DNA from: an uncultured Acidimicrobiales bacterium
GTDB lineage: Bacteria; Actinomycetota; Acidimicrobiia; Acidimicrobiales; DATKAS01
DNA: 64,000 bases
Direction: 5' to 3'
Assembly: GCA_963726495.1 (NCBI GenBank)
Contig: CAVSCP010000009.1
Span: 157,112 to 221,111, forward strand
A program made the translations under genes and the position numbers. Under the pieces are notes generated by a model. That model saw nothing but the letters and a program-made list of their open reading frames with translations. It searched no databases and was not told the DNA's origin. Position 1 is the first letter of the stretch. Every line of letters starts with the position of its first letter. Shown here one piece after another: positions 1-9,264 of this stretch.

Positions 1-216
1 CGCGAGCGAGGGCTCGTCGACGGCGACGCGTTCTCCGAGAAAGGCGAGGAGCTGCGCGGCGAGATCGAGCTCTCCACCGACAGGCAGGAACGGTCGATCG
101 TCGAGGCGATCGGCGACGACTTCGAGGAGCTCTGCATGATCCTCTCGCCCATGAAGGACGCGATCGTCGCGGGCGGTGGCTACCCGCGCGACCCGGCAAC
201 GATGACCCGGCCATGA
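1..216 (+). CDS. 3' end of SCO6745-like family protein (partial; paralog of the next gene)
   Basis: Frame 1 reads RERGLVDGDAFSEKGEELRGEIELSTDRQERSIVEAIGDDFEEL...GGGYPRDPATMTRP*. This aligns with the C-terminus of the next ORF (GGRELRESIEISTD...IEAIGDDADEL...AGGY). ATGA overlap at 213-216. Confidence 0.75.
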   Translation, partial: RERGLVDGDAFSEKGEELRGEIELSTDRQERSIVEAIGDDFEELCMILSPMKDAIVAGGGYPRDPATMTRP

Positions 217-1265
217 GCGACCCGAGGCTGCACACCACTGCGCGCCAGCTCGCCGCCTACCTCGAGCCGGTCGTCGGCTCGGTCTACTTCGCGCCGGAGT
301 GCCACGAGCGATACGCCGCGCTCGGCTTCAACGCGAGCGCCGCCAAAGCGGGAGCGGTCGCGCTCCCCGATGGCCCCGCGTACTTCACGAGCCGTGGCTC
401 GTGCCTCGGTCAGGTGCCGGGCGAGCTCGTCGCGTCGGCGTTCGCGGTGTTCAACCCGAAGGCGGTCGTTCCGAGCGTCGCCTACGGCTGGACGCTCACC
501 GACGCGAAGACGATCGCGACGGCGCGCACCGAGGGCGCGGTCGCGCAGCTCGAGCGCATCCTCGGCCCCGAGCCCGAAGGCCTCGACCGCGCGACCGAGA
601 TCCTCCGCCGTGCCACCGACCCGCTGCGGCCCGAAGGGCGCCCGCTGTACTCGGGCCTGCTGAGCCTCGGGCTCCCGGGCACGCCGATGGGCGACTTCTG
701 GCGCCTCGGCGACTACCTGCGCGAGTTCCGCGGCGACTCGCACACCGCAGCGTGGGTCGCGCTCGGGCTCGACGCGACCGAGATCGGTCTGCTCACCGAG
801 CTGTTCATCGGCCTGCCGATGCGCACCTACATCCGCACGCGCGCATGGAGCGACGAGGATCTCGACGCGGCGGTCGAGCGACTGCAATCGCGCGACCTCA
901 TCGACACGGACGGCACCGGCTTCACCGACGGGGGACGCGAGCTGCGCGAGAGCATCGAGATCTCGACCGATCTCTCGATGGCGCCGACGATCGAAGCGAT
1001 CGGCGACGATGCCGACGAGCTCTTCGCGTTGCTCGGTCCGTGGGGGCAGAAGGTGCGCGAGGCGGGTGGCTACCTCGGCGGCGGCGCCTCCGACCTGGCT
1101 CCGCGAGCGAACGAGATCCCGGCGCCTAGCTCTTCACCTAGAGCTCGGGCGCGTTCACGTACTTCTCGCCGCCACCGAGCCGCACGACGTCCGCGTACCA
1201 GCTGCCCTCGTACACGTCGTTCGGCGGCTGCAGCAGGTCGGGCGGTTGGCCTTCGGGCGTGGTGA
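213..1265 (+). CDS. SCO6745-like actinobacterial conserved protein; true stop probably near 1110-1140 (ORF runs on through a probable indel)
   Basis: Motifs LEPV..SVYFAPE, YFTSRG..LG, GRPLYSGL, LREFRGDSH. The Arg-rich tail after about aa 300 overlaps the convergent gene. Confidence 0.7.
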   Translation: MSDPRLHTTARQLAAYLEPVVGSVYFAPECHERYAALGFNASAAKAGAVALPDGPAYFTSRGSCLGQVPGELVASAFAVFNPKAVVPSVAYGWTLTDAKTIATARTEGAVAQLERILGPEPEGLDRATEILRRATDPLRPEGRPLYSGLLSLGLPGTPMGDFWRLGDYLREFRGDSHTAAWVALGLDATEIGLLTELFIGLPMRTYIRTRAWSDEDLDAAVERLQSRDLIDTDGTGFTDGGRELRESIEISTDLSMAPTIEAIGDDADELFALLGPWGQKVREAGGYLGGGASDLAPRANEIPAPSSSPRARARSRTSRRHRAARRPRTSCPRTRRSAAAAGRAVGLRAW

Positions 1266-2209
1266 CGAACGTCCACGCCTGCCGCTTGTACGTCCAGTTC
1301 TCGGGGTTGAGACGATGCGCCTCGCGCCACCACGGCACCGCGGCGTCTCGCAGCCCGCGGTGCCACAGCTCCTGGCCGAGCTCGAAGCACGCTGTCGCGC
1401 GGGCGTGCTCGATCGGCCGTGGCTGTGACCGAGCGATCACCTCGTCGGGGCTCAGCGCGTAACGGCTCGCGCCGCCGTTGTTGGCCCAGTCGACGATCGC
1501 GGCGCGATAGGCAAGCGCGTCACCGGGGATCTTCTTCACTTCCTCCATGATCTCGCGGACCCCGTCAGGGAAGCCTGAGATGTCCATCGTGCGCAGCGGT
1601 GACTCTTCGACGGAGGCGCCTTCGGGCGGACGCACGAGCACACCGTCCTCGTCGATCCACACCGCCATCGGGACGTTCCAGAAGCCGAGCAGCTCGTCGA
1701 GCAGGTGGGCGGAGTCGATCAAGCGACGGATGCTCTGGTGCCGCGGCATCGATGAACGGATGAGCGAACGTCGGATCGACGTCGAGTGCGACCGTGACGA
1801 CTTCGAGCTTGGGGAAGAGCTCAGCGCGCAGTGCCTGCCACCCGGGCAGGCTCGTGCGGCATCCTCACCAGCTGGCCCACGCGACGAGCAGCACCTTCTG
1901 CCCACGGAGCGACGACAGTGAGAACGGGTTGCCGTTGCGATCGGGCAGCGTGATGTCGGGAACGACTGCCGTCGTCAGCGCGCGACCACCGCTCTCGGGA
2001 CCCAACGCCCAGAGACCGTGCGCCTCGTCGTGGACGAGCGGCATGCGCAGCCGTTCGGCCACCATTTCGACCGACAGCTGTCCGTCGGACGGCGTGCCAC
2101 CGGGGAGCGGAACGCAGACGTCACCCTTGCAAAGCCCCTGTGGCTTCGCCTCCCAACCGGTCCGCGTTGCGAAGTCGTCAGCGGCGATGGAGAGGGAATC
2201 AACGATCAT
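1138..2209 (-). CDS. ResA/TlpA-like redoxin selenoprotein (WASW-U-GC motif) with C-terminal TPR-like region; in-frame UGA at 1867-1865 and one probable indel near 1722
   Basis: ORF 1865..2209 ends ...PDITLPDRNGNPFSLSSLRGQKVLLVAWASW-TGA. The same frame continues GCRTSLPGWQALRAELFPKLEVVTVALDVDP...APEHPS, then joins ORF 1138..1905 (LIDSAHLLDELLGFWNVPMAVWIDEDG). Confidence 0.8.
1833..1851 (-). promoter_or_regulatory. Putative bacterial SECIS hairpin
   Basis: On the minus strand, 13 nt after the UGA: GCCUGCC-CGGGU-GGCAGGC, a 7-bp perfect stem with a G-containing loop. Confidence 0.65.
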
Positions 2210-2243
2210 GAGACGACGCTATCGGCCGGTAGGGTGATCAGCC

Positions 2244-3128
2244 ATGGAGCACGTGCGGTGGTCGTCGCGACCCCGCCTTCGCACGCCTGTCGTGATCGCC
2301 GCGTTCGCAGGATGGAACGACGCGGGCGAGGCGGCATCGAACGCCGGTCACCATCTCGCCGACGTGTGGGCGACACGGCCGTTCGCGACGATCGACGCGG
2401 AAGACTTCTACGACTTCAGCTCGACGCGACCGCACGTGCGGCTCGTCGACGGCGGACAACGCGAGATCGTGTGGCCGATCAACGAGCTCTCGGCGTCGTC
2501 GGTGCTCGGCGCCGACATGGACGTCGTGCTGCTGATCGGCACCGAGCCTCAGCTGAAGTGGCGCACGTTCTGCTCCGAGGTGCTCGAGGTCGTGACCGAG
2601 CTGAACGCTCGCATGCTCATCACGCTCGGCGCGCTGCTCGCCGAGGTCCCGCACTCACGGCCCGTCTCGGTGATCGGCACCGCCGCCGATCCCACGCTCA
2701 TCGAGCAACACGGCCTGCAGCGCTCCCGCTACGAAGGCCCGACCGGCATCGTCGGTGCGTTGCACGATGCGTGCAACACCGCCGGGCTGCCGTCGCTCTC
2801 GCTGTGGGCCGCGGTGCCCGCCTACGTGCAGGGAGCGCCCTCGCCGAAGGCGGCACTCGCCCTCGTCGAACGGGTTGGCGACGTGCTCGACCTCATGATC
2901 CCGACGACTGCACTCGAGATCGCCTCGGCCGCCTACGAGCGCGAGGTCGATGAGGTCGTCACGAACGACGACGAGCTGTCCGGCTACGTGCGCCGCTTGG
3001 AAGACATGGTCGACAGCGGCGAGCCCTTCGGCGACGACGACGAGGACGAAGCGATCAGCGCCGACGACACGGTCGACGAGCTCGTCGAGGAGCTCGAGCG
3101 GTTCCTGCGCGATCAGCAAGGCGACTGA
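2244..3128 (+). CDS. PAC2 family (proteasome assembly chaperone-like) protein
   Basis: AFAGWNDAGEAAS, DFYDF..RP, GTEPQLKW, LGALLAEVPHSRP, YEGPTGIVG, WAAVP.Y, ELVEELERFLR. Confidence 0.9.
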   Translation: MEHVRWSSRPRLRTPVVIAAFAGWNDAGEAASNAGHHLADVWATRPFATIDAEDFYDFSSTRPHVRLVDGGQREIVWPINELSASSVLGADMDVVLLIGTEPQLKWRTFCSEVLEVVTELNARMLITLGALLAEVPHSRPVSVIGTAADPTLIEQHGLQRSRYEGPTGIVGALHDACNTAGLPSLSLWAAVPAYVQGAPSPKAALALVERVGDVLDLMIPTTALEIASAAYEREVDEVVTNDDELSGYVRRLEDMVDSGEPFGDDDEDEAISADDTVDELVEELERFLRDQQGD

Positions 3129-3157
3129 CATGACGCTCGTACCGAGCGGCGGCTGAC

Positions 3158-3628
3158 ATGGCGCTCGTGCCGAGCTGCGTGTGGAAGGCGACGCCCCAGC
3201 TGATCATCGCCCTCGACGAACGCTTCGGTGAGCCGGTCGACGCGTACGTGAACGGATCGCAGGTCTGGATCCGCGACGACGGCCCCGGTGGAGCGGCGCT
3301 CGAATGGCGCTTGCATCCGATCGCTGGCTACTCACGCCCGACCGCGGTCGACACCTACGAGGTCTTCTCGGTCACTGCTCTCGCGCTCGCCAACGGCGAG
3401 GCGCCACCTGCGCCCCTCGATCAGCTCTGGGACGGCCTCGAGGCGTTCCCGACCGAAGGCGACGAGATCGAGCCGGCACCACTCGCCGCCGCGGTTGCCG
3501 ACGCGCTCGGCATCGCGCCCGACGCCGCGGGGCTCGTCGACCACGACCGTGTCGGCGACGCCTGGGAGATGAGTCAGGGCAGCGTGTCGATCATCGACGC
3601 GTTGCTGCAGCAGCTCTCCGCGGGCTGA
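3158..3628 (+). CDS. Hypothetical protein
   Basis: 156-aa ORF with normal codon usage, directly downstream of PAC2. Confidence 0.7.
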   Translation: MALVPSCVWKATPQLIIALDERFGEPVDAYVNGSQVWIRDDGPGGAALEWRLHPIAGYSRPTAVDTYEVFSVTALALANGEAPPAPLDQLWDGLEAFPTEGDEIEPAPLAAAVADALGIAPDAAGLVDHDRVGDAWEMSQGSVSIIDALLQQLSAG

Positions 3629-3636
3629 GTCGCGGA

Positions 3637-4341
3637 CTAGTCGTCGCCGCGCCAGACCGGCGCACGGGGCTTGTCGAACTGCACATCGACCGGCTCACCG
3701 CGGATCGCTGCGAACGCTGCCGGCCCCCATCGGTCGAGGCCGACGATCGGGAACGGCATGTCGTCGGGGCTGAACCACCCGACGTCCGCGGTCTCGAGCG
3801 GATGCCGTTGGAGCGCCCCACCTGTGGCCTTGCAGTGGAACACCAGCGAGTAGAGCGGCACGCGGGTGAACCCCATGCGCAAGCCGTCGATCACGGCGAT
3901 CAGCCGGAGCACCTCGCACTCGATGCCGGTCTCCTCGAGCACCTCTTTCACCGCGACTTCCGCGGGCGAGTAGCCCACGTCGGCCCAGCCCGTCGGGTAG
4001 AGCCAGATGCCCGAGTCCGACCGCTGGACCAGCAGGATCTGCCCTTCGTCGTTGCCGACGACAGCCCCGACCGCGACCTTCGGCGTCACGTATCCCGGCA
4101 CGCCCTCACCGACCGTGTCGAGCCACTCCTGCAGGAAGTGCCCCGCTTCGCGTCGCACTTCGAGGTCTTCCTCGGCCGCGGCCCGCATGTCGGAAGCGAC
4201 CTTCAGCACCTCTTCGAACCGCTCGCGCTCGTACAGGCTCTGCGTGAAGCCGAGGCCGGTGCGCGCGATGCCGGCGAGCGCTTCGCTCCAGCGGAGCAGC
4301 TCTTGGGTGAAGTCCTCGGGACTGGCGGGCACGTCCGACAC
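3637..4341 (-). CDS. NUDIX hydrolase with N-terminal Nudix_N domain
   Basis: LAGIARTGLGFTQSLYERERF; GYVTPKV; Nudix box GWADVGYSPAEVAVKEVLEETGI. Confidence 0.9.
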   Translation of the reverse strand: MSDVPASPEDFTQELLRWSEALAGIARTGLGFTQSLYERERFEEVLKVASDMRAAAEEDLEVRREAGHFLQEWLDTVGEGVPGYVTPKVAVGAVVGNDEGQILLVQRSDSGIWLYPTGWADVGYSPAEVAVKEVLEETGIECEVLRLIAVIDGLRMGFTRVPLYSLVFHCKATGGALQRHPLETADVGWFSPDDMPFPIVGLDRWGPAAFAAIRGEPVDVQFDKPRAPVWRGDD

Positions 4342-4363
4342 CGCGGTGGAGGCTAACGCCGTC

Positions 4364-5699
4364 TCACGTGCGACTCGCCACGCGGGCCGCGACCAGCACT
4401 GGGTCCCAGACGGGCGAGAACGGCGGCGCGTACCCGAGGTCGAGGTCGATCATCTCGGAGACGTTCATGCCCGCGGTGATGGCCGTCGCGAGCACGTCGA
4501 TGCGCTTCGCCGCGCCCTCCTCGCCGACGATCTGCCCGCCGAGGAGCCGACCGGTGCGCTCTTCGGTCACGAGCTTGACGGTGGTGCGCTTGCGGCCGGG
4601 CAGGTAGCGGGCGCGAGTGCTCCCCTCGATGACCGTGCTCCTGAACACGAACCCAGCGTCAGCCGCTTCCCGCTCGGAGAGCCCCGTGCGCGCGATCTCG
4701 GTGTGACAGATCCGCGTGATCGCGGTGCCGACGACGCCGCCGAACGTGGCGTACCCGCCTCCGATGTTGATGCCCGCAACTCGCGACTGCTTGTTCGCGA
4801 CTGTGCCGAGCGCGATGTGCACCGGCCGCCCACTGACGCGGTGGGTGCTCTCGCAACAGTCGCCCGCGGCCCACACTCCGTCGGCGGAGGTCTGCTGCCG
4901 CCGATCGACCCGCACCGCGTCGCGCACTCCAACGTCGAGCCCTGACTCCTTCGCCAGCGCGGAGTTGGGCGCGACGCCGATGCCCAGCACGACGAGATCG
5001 GCCTCGAGGTCTCCGGCATCAGTGAGGACGCGCCCGGGCTCGAAGCCGGTCGCCGCCCGCCCGAGGTGCACGTCGATGCCGAACTCACGCATCGCCGCGA
5101 CGACGAGCTCCGCCATGTCCGGGTCGAGCGAGCGCATCACCTGCTCGCCCGCCTCGATGAGGGTGACCGGCGTGCCGCGGTTGACGAACGCCTCGGCCAT
5201 CTCGAGCCCGATGTACCCACCCCCGACGACGACGACCTGGTCGCAGGTCTTCGCGCGTCGCATGGCCGAGCAGCTCTTGCGCGTCGTCGAGCGTCTGCAC
5301 GCCGAGGACGTGCTCGCTGTCGATGCCCGGAAGGTCGGGCCGTATCGGCATGCCGCCCGTCGCGACGAGCGCTTGGTCGAACCCGAGCCGCAGGGTGCGG
5401 TCTTGCTCGATGGCTCGCACCTCGACCTCACGGGCGTCGAGGTCGATCGCAGTGACCTCGTGGCGCATGCGGACGTCGACGCGGAAGCGATCACGGAATT
5501 CCTGCGGCCTGCGGGCCACCAGCTCGTCGAGGGTGCCCACTTCGCCACCGACGAGATAGGGGATGCCACACGCGGAGTAGGAGGTGTAGTTCCCGCGCTC
5601 GAAGGCGACGATCTCCATGTCGGGACGCGTCTTGCGCACCTGCGACACGGCGGCCATGCCGCCCGCGTCGCCCCCGATGATCACGAGCCGCTCGGCCAC
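4364..5699 (-). CDS. CoA-disulfide reductase/NADH oxidase family flavoprotein (indel near 5250)
   Basis: GGDAGG FAD motif, SYSACGIPY redox Cys, GGGYIGLEMAE, AAGDC, DLGYAPPFS, spread over two frames. Confidence 0.88.
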
Positions 5700-5732
5700 C
5701 GCGCGCGAGGATAGGGGTGCGAGCATGGAGGG

Positions 5733-5918
5733 ATGGCCGTGCGTGACGACTGCCGCCACTATTCGACTCGCTCGCTCGCCACCGGTGACCGAGTGGAGAA
5801 GTGCCGGCTGTCGGTCAACGACGACGCTCCGTTCGCCTGTCCGGAGGGTTGCCTCTTCTTCGAGCCGCGAGCAGGGATGTCGGTGGGCTGGACGGTCACC
5901 GATCCCGACGACGGCTGA
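5733..5918 (+). CDS. Small Cys-rich hypothetical protein (61 aa)
   Basis: GGAGG RBS upstream; CRH...C...CPEGC pattern. Confidence 0.7.
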   Translation: MAVRDDCRHYSTRSLATGDRVEKCRLSVNDDAPFACPEGCLFFEPRAGMSVGWTVTDPDDG

Positions 5919-6342
5919 GGTGGGTGTAGGCCTTCCACGCCCCCCAGGTGATGCCCGGATCTTGCAGCGCCGGATCGATGTCGGCCCAGGTCGCGGGCGC
6001 GAGGTCGTAGACGTCTTCGGGGAACGCGCGGACAGCGAAGTCGTCGCGGCGCGCGGCCTCGGGCACGCCTGCATCGCGGAGGACCTGCGTCGGGTACCGC
6101 ACCGCTCCCCGCAGGATCGAGAGAGGGTTCGTGCGCTGCTCGTCGATGTCGGTCTCGAGGAGCGCGCGCACCGCGGCCCCGACCTCGGCGCGGGCCCGTT
6201 GCCCCGCGTCTCGTGCGGCTTCGATCATCTCCGCGTCGGGCTCACGGCCCGCCCCGCTCGCCACACCCACCACCGCGCGCACCACCCAGCCCGGGATCGC
6301 GTCTTCGATCGCGACTGCCAGCGTCTCGGCCGGCGGCTCCAT
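5896..6342 (-). CDS. Hypothetical protein
   Basis: MEPPAETL...LLETDIDEQRTNPLSILR...RDDF...FPEDVYDLAPA...WGAWKA. Start abuts the larE stop. Confidence 0.7.
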   Translation of the reverse strand: MEPPAETLAVAIEDAIPGWVVRAVVGVASGAGREPDAEMIEAARDAGQRARAEVGAAVRALLETDIDEQRTNPLSILRGAVRYPTQVLRDAGVPEAARRDDFAVRAFPEDVYDLAPATWADIDPALQDPGITWGAWKAYTHLSRRRDR

Positions 6343-7133
6343 CAGAGCAGCGCGTTCAGGTTTCCCGACCGCAATCCCTCGAGGTCGAGCGTCACCCAGG
6401 AGTAGCCCGCGGCCTTCACCGCCTCGACGACCTCGAGTCGTCGTTCGATTCGCGCGCGGAGCACGTCGACGGGGAGCTCGATCCGCGCCACCTTCCCGTA
6501 GTGACGGACCCGCAGCTCGGGGAAGCCCAAGGCGCGAAGGCCGGCCTCGGCTCGCTCGACCTGTCCGAGCACACCGATCGTGACGGGGGTGCCGTAGGGG
6601 ACGCGCGACGCGAGGCACGCAGCCGCGGGCTTGTCCCACGTGCGCAGCCCGAGGTCACGCGAGGCGGCACGCACGTCGTCCTTCGTGAAGCCGGCCTCGA
6701 CGAGCGGGAACCGCGCGCCGCGCTCGGCAGCCGCGCGCTGGCCCGGCCGATGGTCGCCGAGATCGTCGACGTTCACCCCGAGCACGACGGTCGCTGACTC
6801 GACCTCGGCCAGCGGCGCGAGCGCATCCATCAACGACGTCTTGCACCAGAAGCAGCGATCGCCGTCGTTGGCGATGTAGGCGTCGTGCGACAGCTCGTCG
6901 GTCTCGACCTCGGTCCACCACAGTCCCCACTCGCGCGCCAACGCTGCGCAGTCGCTTCGTTCGGACGCGGCGAGTGAGCTCGACACCGCGGTCACACAGT
7001 GGACGTGGTCGGCGCCGAGCGTGCGCGTCGCGACCGACGCGAGGAACGCGGAGTCCGCGCCGCCGGAGAACGCGACCACGACGTCGCCGAGCAAACGGAG
7101 CTCGGCCTCGAGCAGTCGAGCGACGTCAGGCAT
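6342..7133 (-). CDS. larE: ATP-dependent sulfur transferase LarE family (PP-loop)
   Basis: AFSGGADS, RCFWCK, DDLGDHRPG, WDKPAAACLASRVPYG, LRVRH, VTLDLEGLRSGNLN. Confidence 0.9.
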   Translation of the reverse strand: MPDVARLLEAELRLLGDVVVAFSGGADSAFLASVATRTLGADHVHCVTAVSSSLAASERSDCAALAREWGLWWTEVETDELSHDAYIANDGDRCFWCKTSLMDALAPLAEVESATVVLGVNVDDLGDHRPGQRAAAERGARFPLVEAGFTKDDVRAASRDLGLRTWDKPAAACLASRVPYGTPVTIGVLGQVERAEAGLRALGFPELRVRHYGKVARIELPVDVLRARIERRLEVVEAVKAAGYSWVTLDLEGLRSGNLNALL

Positions 7134-7848
7134 CGACGACCTCGAGGCGGATGCGCTTGTTCCCCTTGCCCTTCGACTCGGTCTTCGTGACGCGGATGCG
7201 GCCGACCTCTCCGGTCGAGCGGACGTGGGTGCCACCGTCGGCCTGCTTGTCGAGCCCGACGATGTCGACGACGCGGATCTCGGGCACTGACTCGGGCACG
7301 AGGCTGATCTTGGTGCGGATGAGGTCGTCGTCGAGCACCGCTTCGGCACGCGGCAAGAACGACACCTCGATCGGACGATCCGCGGCGAGCTCGGCGTTCA
7401 CGAGCTGTTCGACACGGGGACCGAAGCCCTCAGGCAGCGGATCGAACTCGAAGTCCATGCGGGCCGACAGCGGCTCCATGTTCCCGCCGGTCACCGGCAC
7501 GCGCCATTCGTTCCAGATCACGCCGCAGAGCACGTGCAGCGCGGTGTGCGTGCGCATCAGCGCGTGGCGACGATCCCAGTCGACCTCGGCCTCGACGTCG
7601 TCGCCGACCGTTGGTGGCACTCCGTCAATGACGTGCCAGACGAGCCCGTCTGCCTTGCGCACGTCGGTGACGCTCACCCCACCGATCACGCCCGTGTCGT
7701 GCGGCTGGCCACCGCCGGTGGGGTAGAACGCGCTGCGATCGAGGGCCACGGCACCGTCTCGCACGGCGACCACCTTGGCCGAGAAGGTGCGCAGATAGGC
7801 GTCACGCAGGTACAGCGAATCGGTGCCGGAGAGGTCGCCCATCGCCAA
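7126..7848 (-). CDS. alaX: Alanyl-tRNA editing protein AlaX (AlaX-M type)
   Basis: FYPTGGGQPHDTG, MRTHTALHVL (HxxxH), QADGGTHV. Confidence 0.9.
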   Translation of the reverse strand: MAMGDLSGTDSLYLRDAYLRTFSAKVVAVRDGAVALDRSAFYPTGGGQPHDTGVIGGVSVTDVRKADGLVWHVIDGVPPTVGDDVEAEVDWDRRHALMRTHTALHVLCGVIWNEWRVPVTGGNMEPLSARMDFEFDPLPEGFGPRVEQLVNAELAADRPIEVSFLPRAEAVLDDDLIRTKISLVPESVPEIRVVDIVGLDKQADGGTHVRSTGEVGRIRVTKTESKGKGNKRIRLEVVDA

Positions 7849-7978
7849 AGATCATGCCCCGTTCCAACCCTGTTGCGGAACGGTGACAGGACTGCAGGTA
7901 CGCCAGGACCAGCACCTATGCTCACGCCCTAACTTGAACGGACCCGGTCGATCCTGACCGGCCATGGAAGGTAGGGAC

Positions 7979-9170
7979 ATGCGAGTAGGAAAACTCTTCG
8001 GCGCTGGCGCGCTGTTGCTGTCGCTGGGCCTCTTCGCCGCAGCATGCGGTGACGACAGCGGCAGCAGCTCGGCGACGACCGGCGGCGGCAGCAGCGCCAC
8101 GACGGCCAGCGGAAGTGCCGCGGCGCCTGGCGCTGCGAAGTGCAGCGGCGTGGCGATCGGCTTCTTCGGCGCGCTCACCGGCGACAACGCCAACCTCGGC
8201 GTGAACATCGAGCAGGGCGTCGAGCTGGCCGTCGACCAGTTCAACACCGCCAACCCCGACTGCCAGGTCGAGGTCAAGAAGTTCGACAGCCAGGGCAGCC
8301 CGGACCAGGCTCCGGCGCTCGCCAAGCAGGCGATCGACGACGCATCCGTCATCGGCATCGTCGGCCCCGCGTTCTCGGGCGAGTCCAAGGTGGCCGACCC
8401 GCTGTTCGACGAGGCCGGTCTCCCGATCATCACCCCGTCGGCCACGAACCCGGCGCTCGCCGAGAACGGGTGGAAGACCTTCCACCGGGCGCTCGGCAAC
8501 GACGCCTCCCAGGGTCCCGGCGCGGCGACCTACATCGACTCGACCCTGAAGGCCGAGAAGGTCTTCGTGATCGATGACGCGAGCGAGTACGGCAAGGGTC
8601 TCGCCGATCAGGTCAGCTCGACGCTCGGCTCGAAGGTCGTCGGCACCGACACCATCGACCCGGCGGCGACCGACTACTCGGCCACGGTCACCAAGGTGAA
8701 GGACGCCCAGCCGGACGCGATCTTCTTCGGTGGCTACTACGCCCAGGCTGGTCCGCTCTCCAAGCAGCTCCGTGATGCCGGCGTCACCGGCGTGCTCGTC
8801 TTCGGCGACGGTGTCCTCGACCCCGGGTACATCGAAGGTGCTGGCAGCGCTGCTGAAGGCGCGATCATCACCTGCCCGTGCGCCCCGGTCGACGCCTCAT
8901 CGGACTTCGCGAAGGCCTATCAGCGCCAAGTTCAGCGTCGCTCCTGGCACCTACACGGCCGAGGCCTACGACTCGGCGAACTTCTTCCTCGCCGGGATCG
9001 CCTCGGGCGCCCAGGACCGCGATGCCCTGAACACCTACGTCAGCACGCAGTCGTACAAGGGCATCACCAAGACCATGAAGTTCGACGAGAAGGGCGAGGT
9101 CTCCGACGTCGCCATCTACGCGAACACGGTCAAGGACGGGAAGATCGAGTCGGTCGGCCTGATCCAATAG
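7979..9170 (+). CDS. Branched-chain amino acid ABC transporter substrate-binding lipoprotein (LivJ/K-like; indel near 8925)
   Basis: Lipobox AAAC, GALTGD.A.LG, VGPAFSG, SATNP, FFGGYY; C-terminus in ORF 8730..9170. Confidence 0.88.
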
Positions 9171-9202
9171 GCTCGCCCAAATTCTTGAAGACCCGCAGTA
9201 GC

Positions 9203-9237
9203 CGAGACCGGGAGCGACTCGCTCGCTCCCGGTCTCG
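9203..9237 (+). terminator. 15-bp perfect intergenic stem-loop (mRNA stabiliser or partial terminator)
   Basis: CGAGACCGGGAGCGA-CTCGC-TCGCTCCCGGTCTCG between the binding-protein gene and livH; no U tract. Confidence 0.6.
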
Positions 9238-9264
9238 CGCGTCGAGACACCTTCGGGGGTAGGT

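Noticed and set aside
7850-7978. Riboswitch or attenuator upstream of the liv operon
   Set aside because: Only short hairpins; no recognisable aptamer, T-box or leader peptide.
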